Assembly (NCBI RefSeq): GCF_964194025.1
Contig: NC_134472.1
Location: 59,582,001 to 59,646,000 of the forward strand
DNA: 64,000 nucleotides
Direction of reading: 5' to 3'
From: Convolutriloba macropyga
Taxonomy: Eukaryota
Below, piece by piece: positions 1-10,441 of the stretch. The notes below the pieces were generated by a model. It was given only the letters and a program-made list of their open reading frames with translations, searched no databases and was not told the origin of the DNA. Within the stretch, counting starts at the first letter, position 1, and every line of letters starts with the position of its first letter. Made by a program: the position numbers and the translations under genes.

Positions 1-3000
1 TTACATTTTAACTTTGTCACTGCAGTCTCTCGTTTCTGTTGGTAAGACAGAGGGCAACAACTTAGATTTTGGCGTGTTTTGATATAATTTTTAGTGGGCA
101 TAAATACTAGAAATAACTGATCTAAGTTGAATTTTTTCTAAGCATAGAAAAGTGCCCGTTTTTCTTCATAAATTAGTTAGGGCAGAAGTTCTTTAAGAAA
201 ATCAGAAACGCAAAGACGGCTAACTCGGAGAAAAACAATATTTAGGATATATTTTCAAAACTTGTCGGAACTTTGAGGCTACGGCCCCGAACCATCTTTG
301 CAAATTTTGCAACCACAGTGGGATCAGTCTTTAAAAGAGGTGATGAATTTTTTGCTGACTTTCTTTAACGATTAATTGAATGACGTTTCTGCATATAGAG
401 ACTGATTTAGTTTTTTTTACTTTTTTTATTGTTATTTTTTTGTGACTACTTATTATAGTTGAGACTTGATCTCAAAAACTGTCACCATAGTGAAAACCTA
501 CCTTCTCTGTTTATGTCACATTTTGACTAATACAACCCTTTAACCGCCCAAAAAGAGCCCATAGATGTCTGGGCACGGTTACTCAAATGGCGAATCTCTG
601 ACCGCTGTTGTGATGAACGTTTTCTGTGAGGTAGTGTTTTTCGACCCAATTTCTTGATTCTAAATTTATATTCTTGTTATACAATCTCCTTTGATTGCTT
701 CTAACTCTGGTTTTGTTAGAAACCAGGTCTGTAATGAATTTGCAATCTTTTATCCGTTTCTTTTGTTGCTTAACGTTAGATTTGGGATGGGCTACTCTAA
801 AAATTCAGATGATTACAGAGAGATCAATCAACATCCAATATATAGTTATAATCAGGTATCTAAAAGGCTCTTAAACTACGTATCTATTCAAAAATGGTGA
901 TCTTTTTTGTATGCAAGAATTAGCTTTTAGAGAGAGGTGTGTTGTGTAGCAAATTGGAGTTCACTTTTGGATACGTTAATCTTGCTAGATTTTCGCAACA
1001 AAAAATTTTTCTCTCCCACGTTTGTCACACAAAAAGGAGAAAGGTAGCGGCTGAGGCGCCGGTAACTCCTTTTACTTCACTAACAGAAGATTTGATTGCT
1101 TCGACTGCCGGACGCGAGACACCACTTGGCAATGTTAGCTAACGCAAGGCAGGCCAAGTGCTTACGATGGGTCAGAAACACTAGGTCAAACCACAATTTC
1201 CAGATTCGTCTTCATTCTCCAGCCAGTATAACCGTCAATAACGACTAAGGTATCCATTCCAAGCACTCATAGACGCGTTGGAGATTTCCCGATATAGAAC
1301 TGGGACTCGTTGCAGTTGAATTCCCACGCAGTAACATGAAGCAGAGGTCAACCACATGGTTTTGCGAACATTCTGAAACTTTGATTGTGCAATGACTGAC
1401 ATTCAGAGTCCTGTTGATTGATGACCATTGGAATAACTATCAACATGATGAGAGAAACTAATCAGATAACTGTTCAAACGATTCTAATTAAAGTGCAGTG
1501 TATACTTTGTTCATATCTGGTTCTCTTTTTTATATATTGTTACTCTTCAGAGGAATAGTTATGCCCAAGATGGTGACGTGGAAATGGATTTTCTACCGTA
1601 CGCTATCGTAGGAAAATTCAGAAAACTTAAGAAATTAGGGCAAAGTAATAACCTTGGGTTATTTCTCAGACGTTTTGAATTAAAAAAGAGTAAAGAATAT
1701 TGGCTAACTTAGTGTAATGAAACTTAGGTTTTCTCAGCTCAAATATGAGGCTATTTACTGAATTGGGGATAAAGTTGTTTTAATCGAGTGATTTTTTGTT
1801 GATTTTTTAGATAAGACTAGTTTAAAAAAAGCAATCAGACTTGATTATATCTCTATGACTCACCTTGGCGCAGTATGAAATCTTTTTTTCTGCCGCCGAA
1901 ACACAGAGTAACTCTACAGTTTTTGGCGTTCTTTGAATAATTTTCGCAATAGGCATAAGCAGCAGAATTTAACTGGTATAAATTAACTTTTTCTAAGTAT
2001 AGGGTTATACCCATCTTTCTTCCTAAATAATTTAGGGCAGAAGGTTTTTAAGAGAATTGAATTCATCTAGAGGGCTACGTTAGATAAAAACAATAATTAG
2101 GATCTTAGGATTAATTATATAAGTATAAATATCATTATATATTAGGAAAAAACGATTTTTTGTTGAGATTAATTTTTGCGTTTGTTGGGGAGGGGCCTCG
2201 CAGGTGGATGGTCAGAAGAGATGGTTGAGTGGTGGGGGGAGTTAGGGCGACCTAAATGCGTGTATATGTTATGTTGGGTGTAGGTACGTAGTGCATGGGC
2301 TTGGCTGCTGTGTGAGGTAAGGAAATATAGTTCGGGTTATATGCATGGGAATCGATAGCTAATTGGGCTCATAGGGGACCAAATTTCCTCTAAATGACCT
2401 TTATATAACCATGATTATTACCCCCGCTTGTACTTGCTAAACAAAAAAAGGTAAACTACTGTTCAAATGTCCGAAAACGAAAATTGTTTTTCAAAAACAG
2501 AGCTAAATGTTCTTGTAGAAATGGAAATGAAATTTCTACTTTAAGCTATCTCAGGAAAATCAAGAATCTTTGAGAAATTGTAGCAAAGTAAAAACGTTGG
2601 GTCAGTTCTCAGACGTTTTGAATTAAATTAGAATAAAAGAAAAGTTGCTAAGTATTTTGGGACTTTTTAGGCGTTTTCTTCAACAAATATTGATCTTGAT
2701 GAATGTAATGTCAGCTGTGCTTTTGTCTTAACTGAAAAAGTTTGGTACTTCTAACAAATTTAGCTTTCTCGGCTTAAATTAGAGAATGCTTCCTAAAATT
2801 GCGTAAACTTGTTTTAACAGTGTGATTTTTTTAGTGTGACTTTTCAAATAAGATTTTTTGCGATATCTTTGTTATGTCTCTATTATTTACCTTTGCGGAG
2901 AATATATACTGCTCGATCTAAGTATTTTCAGAGCCTCTTTGCATTTAGCTTTGTCAGTGAAGTCTCTCGTTTCTGTTGGTAAGACAGAGGGTAACAACTT

Positions 3001-3928
3001 AGATTTTGGCGTGTTTTGATATAATTTTTTGTAGGCTTAAATACTAGAAATAACTGATCTAAGTTTAATTTTTCTAAGCATAGAAACGTGCCTGTTTTTC
3101 TTCATAAGTTAGTTAGGGCAGAAGTTCTTTAAGAAAACCAGAAACGCAAAGACGGCTAACTCAGAGAAAAACAATATTTAGGATATATTTTCAAAACTTG
3201 TCGGAACTTTGAGGCTACGGCCCCGAACCATCTTTGCAAATTTTGCAACCACAATGGGATCACTCTATAAGAGAGGTGATGAATTTTTTGCTGATTTTCT
3301 CTAACGATTAATTGAATGACGTTTCTGCAAATAGAGACTGATTTAGTTTTTTTTTACTATTTTTCTTGTTCTTTTTTGTGACTACTTATTATAGTTGAGA
3401 CTTGATCGCAAAAATTGTCATCATAGTGAAAGCCTTACTTCCCTGTTTATGTCGGATTTTGATTAATACAATCCTTTAACTGCCCAAAAAACCCATAGAT
3501 GTCCGGGCGCGGTTACTCAAATGGCGAATCTCTGGCCGCTGTTGTGATTAACGTTTTCTATGAGGTAGTGTTTATCGACCCAATTTCCTGATTCTAAGAT
3601 TATATCTTTTTTATACAATCTTTGTTAATTTTCCCTGGTAAACCCTGTCCGCAGTTTTGTTTCATCTAAGTTCTTAGCATTATTCGATAGAGTCGGTGGA
3701 CTCAGAGATCGAATAGTAAAGTAGAAAATAGCTAAGAGACTCTTTCGACAGTTTCCTTTGGTTGCTTCGAACTCTGGTTTTGTTAGAAACCAGGTCTGTA
3801 ATAAACTTGCAATCTTCTATCCAATTCATTTATTGCTTAACATTAGATTTGGGATGGGTTACTCTAAAAAATTCAGATGATTACAGAGAGATCAATCAAC
3901 AACCAATATTTAGTTATAATCAGGTATC
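1..3928. repeat. ~2.94-kb tandem repeat (macrosatellite-like) with diverged internal sub-repeats
   Basis: 1-860 recurs at ~2939-3928 (e.g. GTCTCTCGTTTCTGTTGGTAAGACAGAGGG). Internal similarity between ~1580-2100 and ~2525-3185. The second unit breaks at CAGGTATC|3929. Confidence 0.85.
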
Positions 3929-5352
3929 TGTCCTCTTCTGAATTTCTGCTAGGCTCAACAGTGAGGGAACTCTGTCGCCCAAAAGATCGATCAAATAAAA
4001 TAAACCAAAGGTTTTGAATTGGTGAAGCAAGCGTTACTTTGTTACTCTGCGATTTCCCCTCTTCCCTTCTTGTAAGCTGTTGCAAATTAGATTGCCTTAA
4101 AATAAGTTAAATCACAATGGGGCTCGTAATGTCAATTCTAGTTATATGGATAACAGAGGTAAGCGAATTACTTGCACATCAATGGAAAAGACCAATTCAA
4201 GACAATTTATAATAGTAATTAAAAAAAATATTACCAATATCCGTGGTTCAATTTCCCAAAATGAACTAAACCAAAAACCGCTCACAGTATCGCAACTGGT
4301 CTTGCGATTACAATTCTTTTAAAGTTTAGTCCCACTAAACCAACTACTTTTCTCGCTTGTTCGAAAGCAAACTTCTGAAGTTGAATGACAGAGCATAATT
4401 TGATATTGGTTTGTTTGCATAGCAAACAAAGCCCTCCTACAGAATGTAAGAGATTGAAAGTGTAATTTGCAATGTTTATTTAAGAGATTAAGGTTTGTTT
4501 GCTTAAGATAATAGCGTATTGGTTGAGTATAAATTGAAGTGACACAGAAATTTAGAGAGAGAGAAAGAGACTTCTGTGTCACTTCAATTTATACTCAACC
4601 AATACGCTCTAATCTTAAGCAAACAAACCTTAATCTCTTAAATAAACATTGCAAATTACACTTTCAATCTCTTACATTCTGTAGGAGGGCTTTGTTTGCT
4701 ATGCAAACAGACCAATATCAAATTATGCTCTGTCATTCAACTGCTAGCAACCATTGTTCAACTTTCTCCTTATCTTAAGTAAACAACCTTTGGACTCTTA
4801 TGTAAACAAATTCACTCCACTTTATCTGATATATGCACTTGACATGTCAATCAGTGCTTGCTTAGTAAACATTGAACGTTGCTCTGAAAAGTTCTTATAC
4901 CTCTAATTCCGCTATCAAATTAACTAGCTGCAATCAATCCCTGTCAAAAATCATGTAATAAATAAATAACTAAACTCAACCCTAAATCAAAGACCAATTG
5001 TAATTTCCATTTTTTAAACTATTTCATGCAATTCCCCAGTTAAAAACCGCCGAAAATTCTAATACTCCTAAAAGCACACAATTTGACCTTTAGGGGTCAT
5101 CCAAAGGTAACCCGTCCAAAATGAAGGGTCAAGTTGATAAAAACTAAATATTGTCACGGAAAGCTCTCTCATATTTGCACCTAGCCACAAAATTTCATGG
5201 CCTAACTCCCACTAGTACACGAGCAATGAGCGCACACACTTTTCATCTACCTCCCGGATGACCGCAAAATTTCCAAACTTAATATCTCGCGAAGTAGTGG
5301 TCCAAACGTCTTCGGGTAAAAATTTCTAGTAAATACAGGGTGCCACAAACTT
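3929..5352 (-). repeat. Inverted LTR fragment (3' part), related subfamily
   Basis: Reverse-complement similarity to 5' LTR ~8040-9127 (e.g. TTTAGTCCCACTAAACCAACT vs AGTTGGTTTAGTGGGACTAAA); diverged in its middle. Confidence 0.8.
4379..4742. repeat. Near-perfect fold-back inverted repeat, 171-bp arms, 22-nt loop
   Basis: 4379-4549 is the reverse complement of 4572-4742 with only a few mismatches; loop ATTTAGAGAGAGAGAAAGAGAC. Confidence 0.95.
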
Positions 5353-5730
5353 TAGTAAAGAGCGATTGTAGCACGCGTGCAAAATAAATGCGGATTACAA
5401 TAAGAGCAACGAATACGAACTTACTTGTATATAGGCTTGTTGGAAAGCTCGCAATTAGGACAATCTAACTAAGATAAAAACACCAAAGCTAAATTGAAAT
5501 AATTTAAGTACTCTCTTGAAAGCAAACACATGGTGCCCCAAGTTCTCGTTAAAACAAATATGCACAAAAGTAAGCAAAGTTACAAACCGGAATAAGGCAT
5601 AACGAATTGGTTGAGGTTGAAGAATGAAAGGCTGTCAGGATAGATTGATGAGACAAACAGGCGGCGGTGAATTAGTAAATAATTGAATAAAAGCACAAGT
5701 CAAGGTTATTAAAGAAAGTAGCTTAACTAA

Positions 5731-6059
5731 ATGGCCAGAACAAAGCAAACTAGAAAAATTGTTCGTAAATTGAGAGGAAAAACTCAATCAAGTTCATCAG
5801 GATCAGAGATTTCTGTGCCCGCATCACCTCCCTCGTCCTTATTTGAGCCCTCGCATGTAGAAGTTGGCACATCTGCACCCGCACTGAAAGCAAAAACAAG
5901 TAAAGAAAAGGCAAAACCGGCCCTTAAAAAAGAGCAAAATCCAAGATGGCCGCTACTGGCGGAATAAATACGGAGGATATCCGGAAAAGGGACCCAAAAC
6001 TGGCCTTGGCGCTGGAGAAAATGCTCGCTAGGGAGCAAGCCAAGACCCAGAAAAACTAA
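5731..6059 (+). CDS. LTR-encoded histone H3 N-tail mimic protein (78-aa ORF to 5967; ~109 aa if a 1-nt loss in an A-run is restored)
   Basis: MARTKQTRK vs H3 MARTKQTARK. Ser/Pro/Lys-rich linker. The -1 frame after AAAAAAG (~5926-5932) reads RAKSKMAATGGINTEDIRKRDPKLALALEKMLAREQAKTQKN*. No histone fold. Confidence 0.65.
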
Positions 6060-6098
6060 ATTCTTATTGTATATATCTTTGTTAAGTAAAATGAAAAT

Positions 6099-7046
6099 TT
6101 ATTGCCTGCTCGTTGATTTCAATTCGAATCGATATATTAGGAGATAGTGTTGCACACCCTCTACCACTTGAAATTTCAAGAATATCCCACCATCTTGCAC
6201 TCCTTTAGGTTTTCCAGCCAGTTTTAGGTAATAGGGTTGTTCCCCACCCTCAGGATCATAATACACATAAATGTTTAAACGACAATGGCGGGCGAATAAT
6301 CGTAAGTCTGTAGTGTTTACGTACTCAACATCCTCGATTCCTCTGGTCAGGGAGGTTTTGCCAGGACATTTAAATAAATGCTTGTTTGGTTCATTCCGTA
6401 AAGAAACAAAAAAATTTTGATTTTTCCAGCCTGAGTGCGATCTCCAGTTGTAATGGCGGACAGACAGGAGGCCACGCAATTAAATTTGGGGTGGGCAGCA
6501 TCTAAGGTAACGGGATCATACCGTGTAGTTTCGAGCTCGGAACAACTAAAAACCCCCAGATTATAACTTTAATTTAGTCAGAGTGAATTTGGTATAAAAG
6601 TGCTTACCTTTCAAATAGCTCGTAGCAATGACGCTACTCTTGTTCTAGGCCCAGCTCCCGGCAAACCCGATTTAGTTTTGCTTCGGATAAAAACTTCATA
6701 GGACCACGAGTACAGCAAAATAGAGTTTCACTGTCGCAATCGAGAGATTCCTTTACGAATTTTCGGCACCACATTCGTAGGTCGCGGACACTAAATGTTT
6801 GTCGCGCCATAGATTCCAGATTTTCTCAGGAGGGATGATCGTTTTTCCTGTACAATTCTGTAAGCTTAGTTCTTGCGTTACCCCAGTGAAGAACCGTGAG
6901 CTCTGAACCCATTCGCAATAAAACCCCTTTTGATAATAATTTTGGCATCGTTTACGGAGTTCTTTCCTGTAAACCCACGTAGAATTTCTCGGATAAAGAC
7001 CAGATTTAAGATAATGAAAGATTACAAAGTAGATTTGACTATCCAT
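6099..7046 (-). pseudogene. Antisense spliced LTR gene: integrase-type N-terminal (YP/H2C2-like) region + OTU-like cysteine protease
   Basis: Exon 1 7046-6608, GT-AG intron 6607-6546, exon 2 6545-6099. Splicing keeps the frame (FES|CSELET). Motifs: YLKSGLYP, NDH...(C/S)LDC, FNCVASCLSAITTGD, NTTDLRLFARHCRLNIYVY, IFLKF...QHYLLI. Stops and frameshifts present. Confidence 0.65.
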
Positions 7047-9128
7047 TTCAACTGAAATTGTATATCATTTAATACTGTATGCAGAGTAAGAGAGAATGCG
7101 TTATTTGAGTAGAGTTTGTTGACTTAAAGTAAATAAAAAGGCAATTTATCAGTTTTCCAAATACACTCGGGTGAAAAGTTGTCCGACCCCCCCCCCCCCG
7201 GGATGGGAAGCAGTTATTGGTTGATAACCAGTCAATGATGTGGAGGAACCACTAATAGTCCTCTATTGCGAGCATAATTCTCAGGCGAATCCGACCACCC
7301 ACCTCTGCCCCCCCCCCCGTTATTAACACGGGAAGTAGTGTAATTTGAAGGTTTTTAGGTATATTACTGTGAAATATGAAATGTTTGAGTAAAAAATAAT
7401 GGGATTAATCAGTCGTAGTGTCATGCACGTATGAATTAAGGTATTTGCATGATCTTGGGAAGGGTTTAGGATGTAAAATGGCGATTTTTATATAATGGTA
7501 ATTATCACAGGATTGTAGTTAGCACCTAAATTGAAAAAAGTACTTTTTCGAAAAGTTGAAGTCGGATTGACCTGAAAATTGGGGGATAGACTAATTTGGG
7601 TACGAGAAATCCGATTTTAATGTCGGATCTGACCCCACACCAACCTGCACGGAACTAGCGCATGCCCGTGCTGCGGAACGTAAAATTTGAACTGCTCGTG
7701 GAGTATTGGTAGTAGCCCTATGATTTTTGGAGGGTTAGTGTAACTTTTCAAGGGCTTTCGATTGGTGATATTTTCAATCCCAGATTTCGACCGGAATTCG
7801 GTGCTTCGAGACAACCCGAGTCCCGAAAACGGGAAATTGGCCTTTCTGGGCGGCCGAACGACTTTGAAATGGTATCAATATGATAATCTGAGACAGTTAG
7901 TGACAAAAAATAACCACCCCGGTCAGTTTTGACGAACTCGGATTTTTCGGGTTTCGGCACCCACGACTCGTTAAAAATTTTTAAATTGCAAATGACTCGC
8001 GACGGCTGATCCGTTGGTCATGAAACCTGGCAGGCAAGTTGGTGGCACCCTATAGTTACTATAAAAGCTTACCCACTACTTCGCAAGCTATTACGTTTGG
8101 AAATTTGGGGTCATCCGGGGAGGTCGATGAAAAGTGTGCGCGGTCATTGCTCGTGTTCTATTAGGATTTAGGTGATAAAAATTGGTGGGTAGGTGTAACT
8201 ATGGTAGGACTTTCCGTGCCAATAGTTATTTTTACCAAATTGACCCTTCATTTTTAACTATTGACCTCTAATTGACCTCTAGAGGTCAAAATTTTGGGGT
8301 TTTGGGACTTTTTGGTTTCTGACTAATTTTTGTATGGGGAATTGCACGGAATGCTGGGAAAAGCATACAAAGCCATTATTTTAGCGAGCATGAATTAGCG
8401 ATATATTTACACATGGAGACCAATAGTCTTTGAATAACAAAAGCAACAGAATTGACTTGGCGCCAAATTTGTGTAGGCAAATAAGAGCGATAAGGACCGC
8501 GGACTTTGACGCTAATCTGTTTGTTTAGTGGAGGAAACCCCTCCCTCGGATGTATCAATCTGTCAAAATGATTTACGGTGTTTACTTAAGTTCTAAAAGT
8601 GTATTTAATTAAGATAAGATAAAGTTAGCCAATTAGAAAAAGTTGTAATCAGCTTATCGTGTATATGTTGGAGAAAGAGAGAAAACACTTAGCTAGTGAG
8701 CAGTTGGTTTAGTGGGACTAAACATAAAACAGTCAGTAAAGCGGCAAGACCAGTTAGGAAACTCTGAGCAACTTGGTTAATTATATTGCGAGTGAATCAC
8801 GATAAAGTTTTGAACTTACCCAAAATTTTTTGCAGTTGAATTTGTCTCAAGTTATTAGTTGATTGAGAGTTGCATCTTTTTACTGTGGATTCTACATTTG
8901 TGCTGGTGTTCTCTATTCAATTTAACGTCTTTTGGGACAAAGCATTTTTGACAGCCTGCAAGAGTGAACGAGGGGGAAAAACTCAGAAAAGAGACAAGGT
9001 AGCGCTTGCTTCATCATTTTCTTTTAAACCTTCGGTGTTGGTTATAATTAAGTTTGATCGATCTTCTGGGCAACAAATCCTCCTCAATGTTAATCTAGTT
9101 ATCTAGTTAGAAATTCAGAACACGACAG

Positions 9129-9146
9129 TGGCGCTCCTGGGTGGGC
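9129..9146 (+). promoter_or_regulatory. Primer-binding site, probably tRNA-Asn
   Basis: TGGCGCTCCTGGGTGGGC; its reverse complement GCCCACCCAGGAGCG-CCA resembles metazoan tRNA-Asn 3' ends (from recall). Confidence 0.8.
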
Positions 9147-9210
9147 ATCGCTCCTTGTAAGTTTCTGTAAGTTTATTTTTTTTATCCACTAAGTGGTAAA
9201 GTTTTCCGAC

Positions 9211-10441
9211 ATGAGTGAAAACGGAGACGATCTACCTAACGATCCTCTCGCATTGGACAGAGGTGACAAAGACGCGGATGACGATGCTCCAGACAATGGC
9301 CGAGGGGTTTTTGGACCGGGCACGCTGAGGCCGGATCGATACCCTTCGAAAAAACACTCGACGTGGATTCAGTGGAAGAAGCACTTTCTGTGGCTAGCTG
9401 ACACCAACGGTTGGGACGATGTTACAGCAATTTGGGCCCTTCCAACTTGTTTAACATCTTGGGCGCTTGGCGAGTTCGCCGCCATGCCTGCTAGATTTAC
9501 GAGACAAGTGGGAAGGAATTTGCCTTCAACACTAGCGAGGGTTTTTGAGTACTTGGACCCAAGAATGTCGCCTTACAGAGATCAACGTACGGCCAGGGAG
9601 AGCTCAGTTCAAGGCACTCATACAAGGTGACAAAGAGGAAACGTGTAAGTTTTCGAGAAGTTTAAGGGCATTGGGTGAAATCGCACATACACACATGAAC
9701 GCTTTGTCCCGAGATGACATGAACAGAGAACAATTTATTGATGGTTTGTTCGACTCCGATATTTATGAAATGATTCTTCGCGAGGTCCCACAGACATTCG
9801 ATGAAGCTGTAAACAGAGCGCTGAGTCTTGAAGCCATTACGAAAGGTTCACGATTTCGACAGCGGAAAAGAATATCGGCAATAAGGACTATGGCAGAGGC
9901 AACTTCGTTTCCTCCGGTGGTAGCTCAACCTTTGCCCTCACAAGCATCAAGAGGTGTTCAAGGCACCCCATTTGCACAAATGCCTCTGACTAATGATGCA
10001 CTTGAGACAAAAATTGACAAACTTGTTGACAGTCAGGAAAAATTTATGTCAAATATATCTTCGATGATGAGTAAGTTCTTCTCGTCTGTCATACCGGGAC
10101 CACCAGCAGAGCAAGCTCTTGCACCTCAGAACACTGGAAAGCAATTGTTCAATCCGTATTCTCCAGATAGTCGATACGGACAGTGATTTGCGTCAGCTTC
10201 TCGACCGAAGGGACAATACAAAACTGGCCAACAACGACGACAGGGTGGTACAGGCTGTTTCCATTGTGGAAGTTCGGATCACTTCAAAAGAGAGTGTCCG
10301 CTACTTGCCAATAGTCCTTTAAACTGGAAAGGGCCGGGCCCACCGGGGAATACCAGAGGGAAGGGTTTATCCCGGCCAAATACAAAAAAAACCCAAACAG
10401 CGGTGCCACCACTAACGAAGGAACGCAGTCCAATCAGTTAA
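9211..10441 (+). pseudogene. gag: Gag (one frameshift near 9600, nonsense at 10184-10186)
   Basis: Capsid-like motifs (EQFIDGL, PQTFDEAVNRALSLE); zinc knuckle CFHCGSSDHFKREC at 10256-10297; frame ends at TAA 10441. Confidence 0.88.
10318..10377 (+). promoter_or_regulatory. -1 programmed ribosomal frameshift signal (gag to pro-pol)
   Basis: T_TTA_AAC at 10318-10324 is correctly phased in the gag frame. The -1 frame is open into the protease ORF. GGCCGGG (10332-10338) can pair with CCCGGCC (10371-10377). Confidence 0.8.

Larger units (their letters stand above)
5367..9127 (+). repeat. 5' LTR (~3.76 kb)
   Basis: Starts TGTAGCACGC and ends ...CAGAACACGACA, followed after 1 nt by the PBS; direct repeat of 20414-24156. 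Confidence 0.92.

Noticed and set aside
4319-4778. Mirror-image ORFs on both strands (and the related 24206-24637 ORF)
   Set aside because: Explained by the fold-back hairpin and the LTR duplication; no protein features.
5731-5967. Bona fide histone H3 or CenH3 gene
   Set aside because: Only the extreme N-terminus matches; no histone fold follows in the frames examined.
5926-6418. Programmed -1 frameshifts in the LTR genes (AAAAAAG at ~5926; T_TTT_TTG on the minus strand at ~6407-6413)
   Set aside because: The first is out of phase; the second ends in G with no evident stimulatory structure. Homopolymer indels (real or sequencing) are simpler.
9129-9150. tRNA gene
   Set aside because: Only an 18-nt complement to a tRNA 3' end, i.e. 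a PBS.
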